DNA from: an uncultured Candidatus Saccharibacteria bacterium
Lineage (GTDB): Bacteria; Patescibacteriota; Saccharimonadia; Saccharimonadales; CAZWFS01
Assembly: GCA_964633325.1 (NCBI GenBank)
Contig: CAZWFS010000001.1
Coordinates: 3,063-67,062 of the forward strand
DNA: 64,000 bases
Direction of reading: 5' to 3'
Shown one piece after another: positions 1 to 9,281 of this stretch. The translations under genes were made by a program, and so were the position numbers. Under the pieces are notes generated by a model that had not been told where the DNA came from, searched no databases, and was given only the letters and a program-made list of their open reading frames with translations. The stretch's first letter is position 1, and each line of letters begins with the position of its first letter.

Positions 1-13
1 GCGGTCCATATTC

Positions 14-601
14 GTGCGGATTGCTCGGGAGCTAAACAGCTTGACCGGCGGGCGCATACACCCTAACGCGATCACTGTCACAGCTTTATTAGCCCATATA
101 CCAATCTCATGGCTGATTGCCACTAGGCAATATTTATTGGCTGCTGTGTTATTAGTAATCTTTGGGCTTTTTGACGCACTTGATGGCGCCCTGGCTCGCG
201 TCCAGCAACGCGTCAGCAAGGTAGGTATGCTGCTGGATTCGATCACTGATCGCATGAAGGAGATTATTATTTATATAGGCATCGCCTTGGCCTTGATCAA
301 CGGCGGACAGCCTAACGCTGTCGTATGGGCCGTAGCGGCCTGCGGCGCGTCGCTACTAGTGAGTTACGTTAACGCATGGGGAGAGGCGGTCGTGGCTGGC
401 GATAACCTAAACAAGCACGAGCTAAACAAGTCGTTCCGAAGTGGATTAATGAGTTTTGATATCCGGATAACAGTTATTTTGGTTGGCTTGGCCAGTGGTA
501 AGTTAGTCGAGGCAGTCATTGTCATAGCCGTTTTGGCATGGATAACGGCATTGGAGAGGCTTATTAAGTTAATACGGGCGCTTCAACATGTACAAAGTTG
601 A
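14..601 (+). CDS. CDP-alcohol phosphatidyltransferase family protein; may be 5' partial because the frame is open to the window edge
   Basis: DALDGALAR-x8-G-x3-D-x3-D matches the CDP-alcohol phosphatidyltransferase signature D-G-x2-A-R...G-x3-D-x3-D. The protein is hydrophobic and multi-TM. Confidence 0.6.
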   Translation: MRIARELNSLTGGRIHPNAITVTALLAHIPISWLIATRQYLLAAVLLVIFGLFDALDGALARVQQRVSKVGMLLDSITDRMKEIIIYIGIALALINGGQPNAVVWAVAACGASLLVSYVNAWGEAVVAGDNLNKHELNKSFRSGLMSFDIRITVILVGLASGKLVEAVIVIAVLAWITALERLIKLIRALQHVQS

Positions 602-1244
602 TTTGCATACACACTCTATCGCCTCGCAAGACGGGGGCATTAAACTGGAACAATACCGCCAAGCGCTAAAAGAAAGCGTGCTAGATTGCATTGCCATAAC
701 CGACCATAACCGTATAGATATGGCTAGTGCTATTCATAGTGAACTGGGAGAAAAAATCATCGTCGGCGAAGAAATTATGAGCGAGGCTGGCGAGATTATC
801 GGCCTGTTTCTTACAAAAACAGTGCGGCCCGGCCAGTCCGCACAGGCTACCATGCAAGACATCAAGGACCAGGGAGGCCTGGTTTATGTGCCGCATCCCT
901 TTGAAACAATCCGCCACGGTTTGCACCCTGCAACATTAGACAACCTGAGTGATTGGATTGATTTGATAGAAGTCTGCAATGGGCGGGCTTTTTTACAGCA
1001 GCGCGGTGCCCAAGTGGTGGTGTGGGCACGCTTGAACGGAGTTCCGGGAGTAGCCAGTAGCGATGCGCATGGAATGCGGGGTTTAGGCCGAACGTATGCC
1101 CGAATCGGCGAAATGCCGGACAGTGACAATTTGGTCGAAAATATGCGACGGGCGACTTTAATTACCACCCGCCCTGGTGTCCGGGAATTGTTGTACCCAA
1201 AATATCATCGACTGATAAAGAAAGTCAGGCCAGATAATAACTAA
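588..1244 (+). CDS. PHP-domain metal-dependent phosphoesterase
   Basis: N-terminal DLHTHS...SDG and a later HPFE fit the PHP (polymerase/histidinol phosphatase) fold. Its start overlaps the upstream gene stop, suggesting translational coupling. Confidence 0.55.
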   Translation: MYKVDLHTHSIASQDGGIKLEQYRQALKESVLDCIAITDHNRIDMASAIHSELGEKIIVGEEIMSEAGEIIGLFLTKTVRPGQSAQATMQDIKDQGGLVYVPHPFETIRHGLHPATLDNLSDWIDLIEVCNGRAFLQQRGAQVVVWARLNGVPGVASSDAHGMRGLGRTYARIGEMPDSDNLVENMRRATLITTRPGVRELLYPKYHRLIKKVRPDNN

Positions 1245-1801
1245 TGATGGACACCTTTTTCTTTGCCGTGTGGTTCTTTTTACCCGCTGGCATAGCCAAT
1301 ATGACACCGGTTTTAGCCAATAAGGTTCCGCGACTTAATGAGTGGGATACTCCTATGGACTTCGGAAAATCCTTTCGCGGCAAACGTATTTTTGGCGACC
1401 ATAAAAGATGGCGGGGTGTTGTCAGCGGTGTAGTTGTGGCTTCTATAATTGTACTGATTGAATACTCTCTATACCAGCATAGTGCCGGCATCAGGTCTCT
1501 GGTAACGGAACTTGACTACGGTATCCCTGAAGTACTCTGGCTAGGGCCGCTATTGGGCGCCGGCGCATTGTTCGGTGACGCCATAAAAAGTTTCTTCAAA
1601 CGACGGGTCGGAGTAAAGCCCGGTCATTCCTGGTTTCCTTTTGACCAGTCAGATTACATTGTCGGGGGGCTATTAGCTAGCCTTATCATTGTACGGCTGA
1701 ATGTTCTTACCTACTTGTTTATATTTGCTACCTGGTTCGCGCTCCACCTGATAGCCAGCTTCATCGCCTTTCAGCTCGGCCTCAAACTCAAACCAATTTA
1801 A
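1244..1801 (+). CDS. CarS-like (DUF46, CDP-archaeol synthase family) integral membrane cytidylyltransferase
   Basis: FFLPAGIANMTPVL...PMDFGKSFRGKRIFGDHKRWRG closely resembles the CarS/DUF46 N-terminal signature (LPAYIAN...P.DFGK...G..K.WRG). The protein is polytopic. The start abuts the upstream stop. Confidence 0.5.
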   Translation: MMDTFFFAVWFFLPAGIANMTPVLANKVPRLNEWDTPMDFGKSFRGKRIFGDHKRWRGVVSGVVVASIIVLIEYSLYQHSAGIRSLVTELDYGIPEVLWLGPLLGAGALFGDAIKSFFKRRVGVKPGHSWFPFDQSDYIVGGLLASLIIVRLNVLTYLFIFATWFALHLIASFIAFQLGLKLKPI

Positions 1802-2586
1802 CGGTCTATTGGCAACGGGCTTCGACGTTTAGGGCTAGCCCAACGCAGGTCTTTCTGGGCGCTTACGAACGACTCAACGGCCAATCCTTTTTTCAAAAAT
1901 GCATTATCGAACATTCCGAACATGCTCTCCGTCTGGGACGGCATCACCCTTAGCGCCTCGAATTTTAGACGGGCTATCTCAGGTGAAAAACTTAATACCA
2001 TGTCGCACTTTTCAACCGGGATACGACAAGGCTCCTCAACGTTAAAGTAAAATTTAAATTTCTGATTTATAACGGCAGTAAATCTATCGACTTGGTCGCA
2101 ATTAAAAATCGCATAATATAGCACTGGACTAAATCCCAAATCCTGATTCAGTGCTAAATTAACCCAACGATTCACGGCTATATGATCCCAGTGGCCGGTC
2201 ACGCCATCCGGAGGGAAAGTAATCACCGTATCCGGTTGGTATTGTTTTATGAGGGCCGTGATTTTAGATACCGAAGTCTCGTCTGCAACATCGCAACAGC
2301 AACCATCTTGAAAGCTAAGCCAGTGATGGTGCTTAACTTTTAGTACTTTTAGTGCACTCGTCAGCTCTGTCTCGCGGATATCACCTAAAGTGGCGGCCGG
2401 CCATTTTTGTTCATTTTGTATACCGGCCTCCCCCCTCGTAGCCGTTATGCACACAACTGTCTGGCCATTCTGGGCGGCTACAGCCATCAAGCCAGCCATC
2501 ATGAATGACTCATCGTCCGGATGAGCCCAGATGCCCATAATCGTTCCAAGCGATTTGATGGTTGAGGGTGAGGAGAGCGTTTTCAT
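1798..2586 (-). CDS. PIG-L/LmbE family N-acetylglucosaminyl deacetylase
   Basis: AHPDDE motif near the N-terminus (MGIWAHPDDESFM) with downstream His/Asp residues, as in LmbE/BshB-like deacetylases. Confidence 0.6.
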   Translation of the reverse strand: MKTLSSPSTIKSLGTIMGIWAHPDDESFMMAGLMAVAAQNGQTVVCITATRGEAGIQNEQKWPAATLGDIRETELTSALKVLKVKHHHWLSFQDGCCCDVADETSVSKITALIKQYQPDTVITFPPDGVTGHWDHIAVNRWVNLALNQDLGFSPVLYYAIFNCDQVDRFTAVINQKFKFYFNVEEPCRIPVEKCDMVLSFSPEIARLKFEALRVMPSQTESMFGMFDNAFLKKGLAVESFVSAQKDLRWASPKRRSPLPIDR

Positions 2587-2835
2587 TGGACTACAAGGCG
2601 ATTAATTTATGTGGTCGCACATATTACAGATTAATAATAGCAGTATTGTTAGTAGCTAGGGGTGCTTCCGCTTTCGTCCTGTCCGTACTTCATATATGTA
2701 CTTCTCTGCAACTGGAATAAAACAGGGATGCCCCGTGTCTACTTTACGAGTCTCAATGTATTAGCCGGCTCAAGTCGGTTGCTAATAAGTTTTATGTGAT
2801 CAGGTAAGGGCGCTGCAAAGCCACCAACGCGCTGC

Positions 2836-3873
2836 TCATCCAAGTTCTTTTTTAAACCTTTCTATGATGTCTTTATCCCCGGTCTCAATCGGCTGCGAAC
2901 CATTAAGAAAGGCTAAATATAAACTGACAAAGTCGCCAAGCGCCACAGCCCAGAGCAGCTGCTCCAGCTTGTTGCTTCCTCGAACCTCTACCCTATGTGG
3001 AGATGGCCAACGGCCGCTTAGCAGCTTGTCGCTCAGGTCATAACGCCGGGTTACTCGAGAATGATCGTATGAGGACATAAGGTAGATTATCCCATAAGGT
3101 TTTTCCGTCGGATGAGATGTCCAGCCAGTAAATTCATTATGATTAAATTCTGGAAAAGGATACGTCCAGGCAACATTCTTAGCATTTTCGTTAAAGCTGA
3201 TCTTCCATTTGTGGGCCGCCGGGAAAAGATGGCTACCGGCATAAATGACCGGCGAGCGGCCCATTAGTTCCTGGGCTAACTGCTTAGCTTTATTATTCCG
3301 CGCGGGAACTGTGGGAAGCCAATTTTGCACAGCTTCCTTCAAAAATTCAGCAGCTCCTTGCATCGCTTCGGCCGTACCGGATTGAGCCAGTACCCCGTAG
3401 CGATCCATTAAGCTTATCAGACCCCGGAGACCATATAAGGCACCGTAGCGCGGTTTATCGATCTTAGGCAGCTCGACGAGCGGGTAGCCTTTTGCTATCG
3501 AAATATCCGCTAATTTACCGCCGGATGCCACAACCGCTATACGTGCACCTTTTCTTTCGGCTTGCGATAAGGCCGATATAGTTTCCTCGGTATTACCCGA
3601 ATAGCTTGAAGCTATAAACAGGGTTTTTTTGTTTACGTACGGAGGTATGTCATAATCACGGACGACCTCAAAGGGCAGCGTGTAACCTGGCCAACTGGTA
3701 CTCAGTAAGGCCCATAGGGCTGAACCTCCCATACCGGCATGCACAATATTTTCAAATGATCCAGAGACCTTTGGGAGGCTAAACTCGTGCTGAAGTTGCT
3801 GCCATTGCTTCTCGGCTATACCTAGTGCGTCCTGCGCGTCGCGTTCATGAATATATTTCAGATCGTCAAGCAT
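2836..3873 (-). CDS. bifunctional phosphoglucose/phosphomannose isomerase (SIS domain); start moved to an internal ATG that has a GGAGGA RBS
   Basis: SIS-domain signature IASSYSGNTEETISALSQAERKGARI with a bact-PGI_C-like C-terminus. The track ORF 2836..4065 has a low-complexity N-terminal extension lacking an RBS. Confidence 0.55.
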   Translation of the reverse strand: MLDDLKYIHERDAQDALGIAEKQWQQLQHEFSLPKVSGSFENIVHAGMGGSALWALLSTSWPGYTLPFEVVRDYDIPPYVNKKTLFIASSYSGNTEETISALSQAERKGARIAVVASGGKLADISIAKGYPLVELPKIDKPRYGALYGLRGLISLMDRYGVLAQSGTAEAMQGAAEFLKEAVQNWLPTVPARNNKAKQLAQELMGRSPVIYAGSHLFPAAHKWKISFNENAKNVAWTYPFPEFNHNEFTGWTSHPTEKPYGIIYLMSSYDHSRVTRRYDLSDKLLSGRWPSPHRVEVRGSNKLEQLLWAVALGDFVSLYLAFLNGSQPIETGDKDIIERFKKELG

Positions 3874-4175
3874 AAATCCTCCGGTATTAGTAACTATAGA
3901 GTAGTAAATCTTATTTCGAAACACAAAGATAGTTTTAAAGAGCTTGCTAAGGATCTTTCTTTGGATTGTTACTCGTAACCCCGGTGAGATGTAAGAGCCT
4001 TTCAGGTAAAGGAAGTATATTTGAAGAGTACGGAGAGGAGCGATAGCGGTCTGTCCGATCGCCAATGTTACGAGTAGATTGTTAGGAGGCTACAAAGCCG
4101 CTTATGTTATAGTAAATGGGTAAATATTTAACATAATAATCGAAAAAGTCCCTAAGATGGGACCGGGGGGAACAT

Positions 4176-4670
4176 ATGTTTGGGCACGATAACCAGGACG
4201 AACACCAAGACGATCAAGCTCACAACGGTCAGGTAACCGCTCCGACCGATCCGGTCGTTGACGACAACCTTGGGCTGGGAGACGAGAGCCCTAACGACAC
4301 CGGTACCACAGCACCCCCTGTACATACGACTACCGAAGGGTTCATTGTTGATCCGGTCACACCGACGGTAGCACCCACTGCTACTGTGCTATCCTCGGCA
4401 AACGGCGCCGCAGTGACTGATGATTTGCTTACGATCAAGCAGCAGGCCTTGCACCAACTATCTCCATTAGTCGGGCACTTAAACCAAACGCCAGAAGAAA
4501 AGTTCCGAACCCTTATGATGATGATTCAGGCATCTGACGATCAATCGAAACTCAAGGAAGCCTACGAAATAGCCCAACAAATTCCGGACGAAAAAGTCCG
4601 TGCCCAAGCGTTATTGGATGTGGTTAACGAGATCAACTACTTTACTCAACAGCACAAAGACAAGCCATAA
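4176..4670 (+). CDS. hypothetical protein with an acidic, low-complexity N-terminal region
   Basis: ORF in a gene-sized gap with GGGGGAACAT upstream of the ATG; no recognisable domain. Confidence 0.3.
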   Translation: MFGHDNQDEHQDDQAHNGQVTAPTDPVVDDNLGLGDESPNDTGTTAPPVHTTTEGFIVDPVTPTVAPTATVLSSANGAAVTDDLLTIKQQALHQLSPLVGHLNQTPEEKFRTLMMMIQASDDQSKLKEAYEIAQQIPDEKVRAQALLDVVNEINYFTQQHKDKP

Positions 4671-4760
4671 GCTGTTAGCTAATTTTAATAGAGACGAGTA
4701 GAGGGATTAAGAACGATAGCGGTCTTCCCGTTATTAGGAAATACGTACTACGCTATACGT

Positions 4761-5135
4761 TTAATATGGGTGCTCATACTGCGGATGCTTGTGCGCAGTT
4801 TCTATCTCTTTGCGCGTGGCGGCCGTCATAACTACATTGGGCATGCTGGCTAACACACTATTTAAGCGTTTTTGCTCTTCCAGCAGACGAGACATGAGCT
4901 GCCTCATGCCCTTTAATTCTTGCTCTAGATTGGCTATCCGACGAGTCTGCTGATCGACCTGGACAAATGATTGGCGCACCCACTGTTGCTGTTGTTGGTA
5001 CTGGCCGTTCATGGTCACGATAATGCGATCCCGGACATTCTGTACCTCGCTTTTGCTGACCATACGTTCAATAATTTTGTTTTTGGCATAGTCCAGCGCG
5101 CTTTGCAGATCTTGACGGGTCATCGATACTTGCAT
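4761..5135 (-). CDS. hypothetical coiled-coil protein
   Basis: ORF with Q-rich heptad-like sequence (QQQQWVRQSF...LEQELKGMRQL); no known domain. Confidence 0.35.
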   Translation of the reverse strand: MQVSMTRQDLQSALDYAKNKIIERMVSKSEVQNVRDRIIVTMNGQYQQQQQWVRQSFVQVDQQTRRIANLEQELKGMRQLMSRLLEEQKRLNSVLASMPNVVMTAATRKEIETAHKHPQYEHPY

Positions 5136-5470
5136 AGCTTTTCCCTCCTTTGCTTCCCTTAGGTTGCTGGCTGTTTATTTGGCGTTGTTATCTGTGTTAA
5201 TTGACCTTGTCATTATCTTTTTTGCCGCTTTAGAGGTCAAAACAAAAAAGCTTGACTGTTAATGTAGCCAAGCTTCGGAATACTCATGAAATCGTAGTTT
5301 CACCTACGGTCGGAAAACCAGAAAGCTGTCTTAGGAGTAAGAAGCTTGGTTACCGAAGGTACGAGGCAGAACTTTTCGCCATATAGGTTTATATTCTTGC
5401 CAAATCCCATCGTAAATTTAAGTATATAGCACACCTTCCGCGTAGCGCAAGTAAGAATTCTGTGGGCTCT

Positions 5471-6061
5471 TTAGCTATTAATGTGGTCAGAACGCCGGCT
5501 TAGGTATAGGCGGTGAGCAATCGTTCCCAATATCGTAGTAGCTGCAAAAATAGCTACTACATCGCCAGGGCCGCTATTGGGCGTAGATGTGGTAGTACTA
5601 CTAGTTGGCGGAGGAGTTGTCGGGTTTGGGGTGGCTGGATTTGGAGCCGACGAAGGAGCACTACCCGGAGAGGGTGAGGGGTTTGGGGCTGGTGCTGGTG
5701 AGCTGGGCTGAGGCGCTGGGCTAGGCGGATTTGATGATGGCGGAGCCGGCGACGGGTTAGGTTGAGTAGGATTAGACGAATTACCCTCTTGTTTCTTATC
5801 ATCACCATTAGCTGGCTGATTCTCTTGAGACGTGGCGGTCTCATTCTGACCGGTAGTAGCAGTCTGTCTGTCCCGGTTGGCCAGCTTGTTATATAACCAA
5901 CGCCCGCCAAAGAACAAACCCAACACAACCGCTACCGTAATTAGTAGCGTCACTAAGGCAACCAGCCATGCTACGCCGACACGTTCGCGGCGCTCCGCCT
6001 GGTAATACTCTTGGATTTCCGCAGGAACTTCATCCTTCTTCTTGCGACTAAATAACGCCAT
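5471..6061 (-). CDS. membrane-anchored Pro/Ser/Thr-rich protein
   Basis: One N-terminal TM helix (VAWLVALVTLLITVAVVLGLFF) followed by a PSPAPP-rich low-complexity region. Confidence 0.4.
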   Translation of the reverse strand: MALFSRKKKDEVPAEIQEYYQAERRERVGVAWLVALVTLLITVAVVLGLFFGGRWLYNKLANRDRQTATTGQNETATSQENQPANGDDKKQEGNSSNPTQPNPSPAPPSSNPPSPAPQPSSPAPAPNPSPSPGSAPSSAPNPATPNPTTPPPTSSTTTSTPNSGPGDVVAIFAATTILGTIAHRLYLSRRSDHINS

Positions 6062-6202
6062 ACTCTGCTCCTAAACCACCCTTTAAACATAATCATAGTA
6101 CATAACTCCCCATTTTGCAACCCCTTTATCCACCAGGGACTGAAAGCCGTTAACCTTAGGTTGTTAGGCATGCTGGTTGTTTTGCTTTTCAAAAATTCAA
6201 GT

Positions 6203-6239
6203 CAAAAAGAAGTTCGGATTCACTCCGAACTTCTTTTTT
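6203..6239. terminator. intrinsic terminator hairpin downstream of groEL; U-runs on both strands
   Basis: gaagttcgga-ttcac-tccgaacttc stem-loop followed by TTTTTT, preceded by an A-run on the other strand. Confidence 0.55.
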
Positions 6240-6253
6240 CCTATTGGGAGGTA

Positions 6254-6317
6254 AGCAGCCAGAGAAAATGTTTCATTTTCCCTGCGCGATGAGAGGAGGA
6301 ATCACCTCCTCTCATGG
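6254..6317. repeat. conserved twin-hairpin intergenic element, copy 1; copy 2 is at about 34289..34354
   Basis: About 64 nt reading AGCAGCCAGAGAAAATG-loop-CATTTTCCCTGCGC-ATGAGAGGAGG-loop-CCTCCTCTCAT. It recurs nearly identically at 34289-34354 with the differences confined to loops. Confidence 0.5.
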
Positions 6318-6333
6318 GCAAGCGCAGCGTGGC

Positions 6334-7989
6334 CTACATTCCCATCATGCCGCCAGGCATTCCACCGCCGCCGCCCGGGGCTGGGGCTTCCTTTTCGGGT
6401 ACTTCGGCTACCAGGGCGCCCATGGTCATGGCCGTGCCGGCAATCGACGTAGCATTCTGCAAAGTTTCTTTGACAACCCTGACCGGGTCAACAATTCCGT
6501 TAGCTTTGAGGTCAACTAATTTGCTTGGGTCATTGACGTTAACACCCTGTCCGGCCTTTCCGGCCTTAACCTGGGGTAGCCATTCGTCGGCGTTGATGCC
6601 AGCGTTATCCAACAGGATGCGGAAGGGCTGTTCCAGCGCTTTTTTAAGCAGTAATCGGCCGGCTGTCACGGAATCGTCATCGCTGGCAGTCGTGGTGATA
6701 TTGCTTGTCAGGTTGATAAGCGTAACTCCACCGCCAGGTACGATGCCTTCTTCCAGGGCGGCTTTGACGGCCGCTACGGCGTCGTCAACCCGGAATTTCT
6801 TTTCCTCAATCTCGGTCTCTGTTGCGCCACCCACTTTAATGACAGCTACTTTGCCGGAAAGGGCTGCGCGCCGCTTTTCCAGATTCTCTCGGTCATACTC
6901 GCTACTGGCAGCTGCCACTTGGGCATTGATCTGCTTAATACGGGCGTCTACTTCAGTAACCGAACCATCACCTTCGATTATGGTGGTCTCGTCTTTAGTG
7001 ACAATTACCTTGCGGGCCGTACCAACCATATCGAGTTCAGCGTTTTCAAACGTGAAGCCTTGGTCCTCGGTAATTACCGTGGCTCCAGTCAGGATAGCAA
7101 TGTCGGCTAGGATATCCTTGCGGCGGTCCCCAAAGGCAGGCGCTTTTATAGCCACTGTATTGAATACGCCCTTCAGCTTGTTAAGCACCAAGGTGCCAAG
7201 CGCTTCCCCTTCCACGTCTTCTGCGATGATGACCAAATCTTTCTTACCGGCCTGAGCCATTTTCTCCAGCAGCGGCAAAAATTCTTGTATGGAACTGATC
7301 TTCTTATCGGTTATCACAATGGAGGGCTTGTCGTAAACGACTTCCATGCGGGTAGGATCGGTAACCATGTAGGGGCTAACAAAACCGCGGTCAAAGGTAA
7401 AGCCTTCTACTACTTCGCTCTCCAACAGTAAGCCTTGGCCCTCTTCTACCGTCACGACGCCGTCTTTGCCGACTTTGTCGATGACGTCGGCAATCAACGC
7501 GCCAATGGCGCTGTCTCCGGCAGAGATGGTGGCCACTTCAGCCACGCGGTTCTTCTTGCCCTGGATGTCCTCGGCTAGACCGCTAAGCTTGGTGATGACA
7601 TCATGGGCGGCAGCCTCCAGTCCTTTACGCAGGAGCATGGGGTTGTGTCCAGCCGCAATCAGCTTGTTGGCCTCGTTCAGGATGTGATAGGTTAGCACCG
7701 TAACTGTGGTGGTACCGTCTCCTGCGACATCGTTCATCTTGCTAGCTGCTTGTTTGATAAGTTCAGCGCCCACTTTATAGCCTAGAGTCTCGTCGTCGAC
7801 ATCGGCCAGCTCCACACCTTTAGCTACGGTCACGCCGTCATGGGTAACTGTCGGGTTACCGTATGACTTGCTTATAACAACGTTACGGCCTTTGGGACCC
7901 ATAGTCGTCTTTACCGCGTCATACAATACCTTGGCTCCCGCCAGGACACGTCGCCGCGCATCGTCATCGTAAAAAACTTTCTTTGCCAT
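6334..7989 (-). CDS. groEL: chaperonin GroEL (Hsp60)
   Basis: Full-length GroEL sequence ([14 protein letters not shown]..., GGM-rich C-terminal tail). AGGAGG RBS. Confidence 0.95.
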   Translation of the reverse strand: MAKKVFYDDDARRRVLAGAKVLYDAVKTTMGPKGRNVVISKSYGNPTVTHDGVTVAKGVELADVDDETLGYKVGAELIKQAASKMNDVAGDGTTTVTVLTYHILNEANKLIAAGHNPMLLRKGLEAAAHDVITKLSGLAEDIQGKKNRVAEVATISAGDSAIGALIADVIDKVGKDGVVTVEEGQGLLLESEVVEGFTFDRGFVSPYMVTDPTRMEVVYDKPSIVITDKKISSIQEFLPLLEKMAQAGKKDLVIIAEDVEGEALGTLVLNKLKGVFNTVAIKAPAFGDRRKDILADIAILTGATVITEDQGFTFENAELDMVGTARKVIVTKDETTIIEGDGSVTEVDARIKQINAQVAAASSEYDRENLEKRRAALSGKVAVIKVGGATETEIEEKKFRVDDAVAAVKAALEEGIVPGGGVTLINLTSNITTTASDDDSVTAGRLLLKKALEQPFRILLDNAGINADEWLPQVKAGKAGQGVNVNDPSKLVDLKANGIVDPVRVVKETLQNATSIAGTAMTMGALVAEVPEKEAPAPGGGGGMPGGMMGM

Positions 7990-8009
7990 AGTTGAATAAA
8001 CCTCCTTGT

Positions 8010-8276
8010 TTACTTGGTAAGTGTGCCGTAAATATTTTCAGCTTTGATAATCATATACTCGACGCCGGCAATCTTGATGTCAGTGCCGGACCAGCTGTAA
8101 ACGATCCGATCGCCAGCCTTGACACCTTCCACCTTTTTGCCCACGGCCAGTACTTTAGCCACTTTGGGTTTTTCCTGCGCTTTATCCGGCAGATACAGAC
8201 CGCTGGCTGTCTTGGATTCAGCCTCCTCCTGCTGGGCGACCACATAGTCTGCAAGCGGTTGAATTGGGACACTCAT
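8010..8276 (-). CDS. groES: co-chaperonin GroES; start placed at the internal ATG that has an AGGAGGAG RBS
   Basis: MSVPIQPLADYVVAQQ...AGDRIVYS is a typical GroES sequence, located immediately upstream of groEL. Confidence 0.9.
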   Translation of the reverse strand: MSVPIQPLADYVVAQQEEAESKTASGLYLPDKAQEKPKVAKVLAVGKKVEGVKAGDRIVYSWSGTDIKIAGVEYMIIKAENIYGTLTK

Positions 8277-8316
8277 AGATAGAACTCCTCCTGTTAACAC
8301 TTTTGCCTTGAGTATT

Positions 8317-8343
8317 TTAGCACTTGCATGATGAGAGTGCTAA
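8317..8343. promoter_or_regulatory. CIRCE operator (HrcA binding site) upstream of groES
   Basis: TTAGCACTT-N9-GAGTGCTAA matches the CIRCE consensus TTAGCACTC-N9-GAGTGCTAA in 17 of 18 arm positions. Confidence 0.7.
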
Positions 8344-8559
8344 TGTAGCCCTATGGTATCGAATTGGGTTCAGTAATGTCAACCCGAGATCTTAAATTAA
8401 GCTTTTTGGTATCTTTGATTGAATTGCGCGGGGCTAATAAAACCAGCGTTATTAATAAAGCCTGCTAACCCGGACGGGTGTTTGCATGCACTAATATAGA
8501 TTACAATTTATATTCAAATGTTTTACATTAGTGAGTATTCATGTTACAGTTAGCGCCTT

Positions 8560-9087
8560 ATGACATCTCCTTCGGAATCATCGACTGAGGCTTTGCGTCC
8601 TGCTTTTGTGGACATGTACCCTGTGCCCGAAGACTGGGTAGCATTGCAGGGTGGTAAGCCACGCATCTTCCGTAATCCACATAAGCCCGACACTCGCTGG
8701 ATAGTACTTCACGTGTATGAAGAACACGGGGATGTGGGGCAGCGGTTTCAGAGTGGCCTTGTTGTAGACACCCTTCCGCCGAGAGGCAAAATCCAGCTTT
8801 TACACAAAGTTATCCAGCGCCATGACGACGAAGGAAGGTTAATAGAAAGAGGCGTTGTAATCCCTTCAATCATGGATCGCTCTGTTCATGGCGATTATTG
8901 CGAAGATCGCAGCTCGCAGTCAAACGGAGGTACCTATAATCGCATAGGGAATCAGCAACGTTACGAAGAATACCTGCAGGAGCTCTCGATGATGGGCATG
9001 GAAGAACTCCGATTCACCTTTAACAGGGATGGTTTTGTACTTCAGGCTTATCCTGAAATTCGACCAGCTAGACCGCTAGGCGATTAG
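8560..9087 (+). CDS. hypothetical protein
   Basis: ORF only; no recognisable motif. Confidence 0.3.
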   Translation: MTSPSESSTEALRPAFVDMYPVPEDWVALQGGKPRIFRNPHKPDTRWIVLHVYEEHGDVGQRFQSGLVVDTLPPRGKIQLLHKVIQRHDDEGRLIERGVVIPSIMDRSVHGDYCEDRSSQSNGGTYNRIGNQQRYEEYLQELSMMGMEELRFTFNRDGFVLQAYPEIRPARPLGD

Positions 9088-9281
9088 CCAGCGGCTTGCC
9101 AGCGCTAAGTTAAGATGTCCAATGCTTTTTGTCTCAAATTGGGTATCTGCCAAACGGCGTAAGGGAACATATTTAGACCCATGATACTTCATGGTTTTAA
9201 GAATTTTGGTTTTATATATTAACACAACTGCCAGCGCTTTTCCGTTCAATCCAAGCCGATTCTCATGCTACAATTCGACAT

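Noticed and set aside
5557-5928. ORF 5557..5928 - inside the 5471..6061 gene.
   Set aside because: It is an alternate frame of the Pro-rich gene. Its Arg/Leu-rich translation reflects GC-rich repeat DNA, not a separate gene.
6244-6519. Small ORFs 6244..6519 + and 34194..34481 + sharing a conserved peptide FHFPCAMRGG(I/V)TSSHG.
   Set aside because: The conservation is at the nucleotide level within a hairpin-forming repeat. A 2-nt indel between the copies breaks the frame from the shared ATG, so there is no consistent start or frame. It is better explained as a structured nucleic-acid element.
6314-7255. Long ORF 6314..7255 + (313 aa) and ORF 7466..7687 +.
   Set aside because: They are antisense to the strongly supported groEL gene, with a low-complexity A/S/T-rich translation that is a typical shadow ORF.
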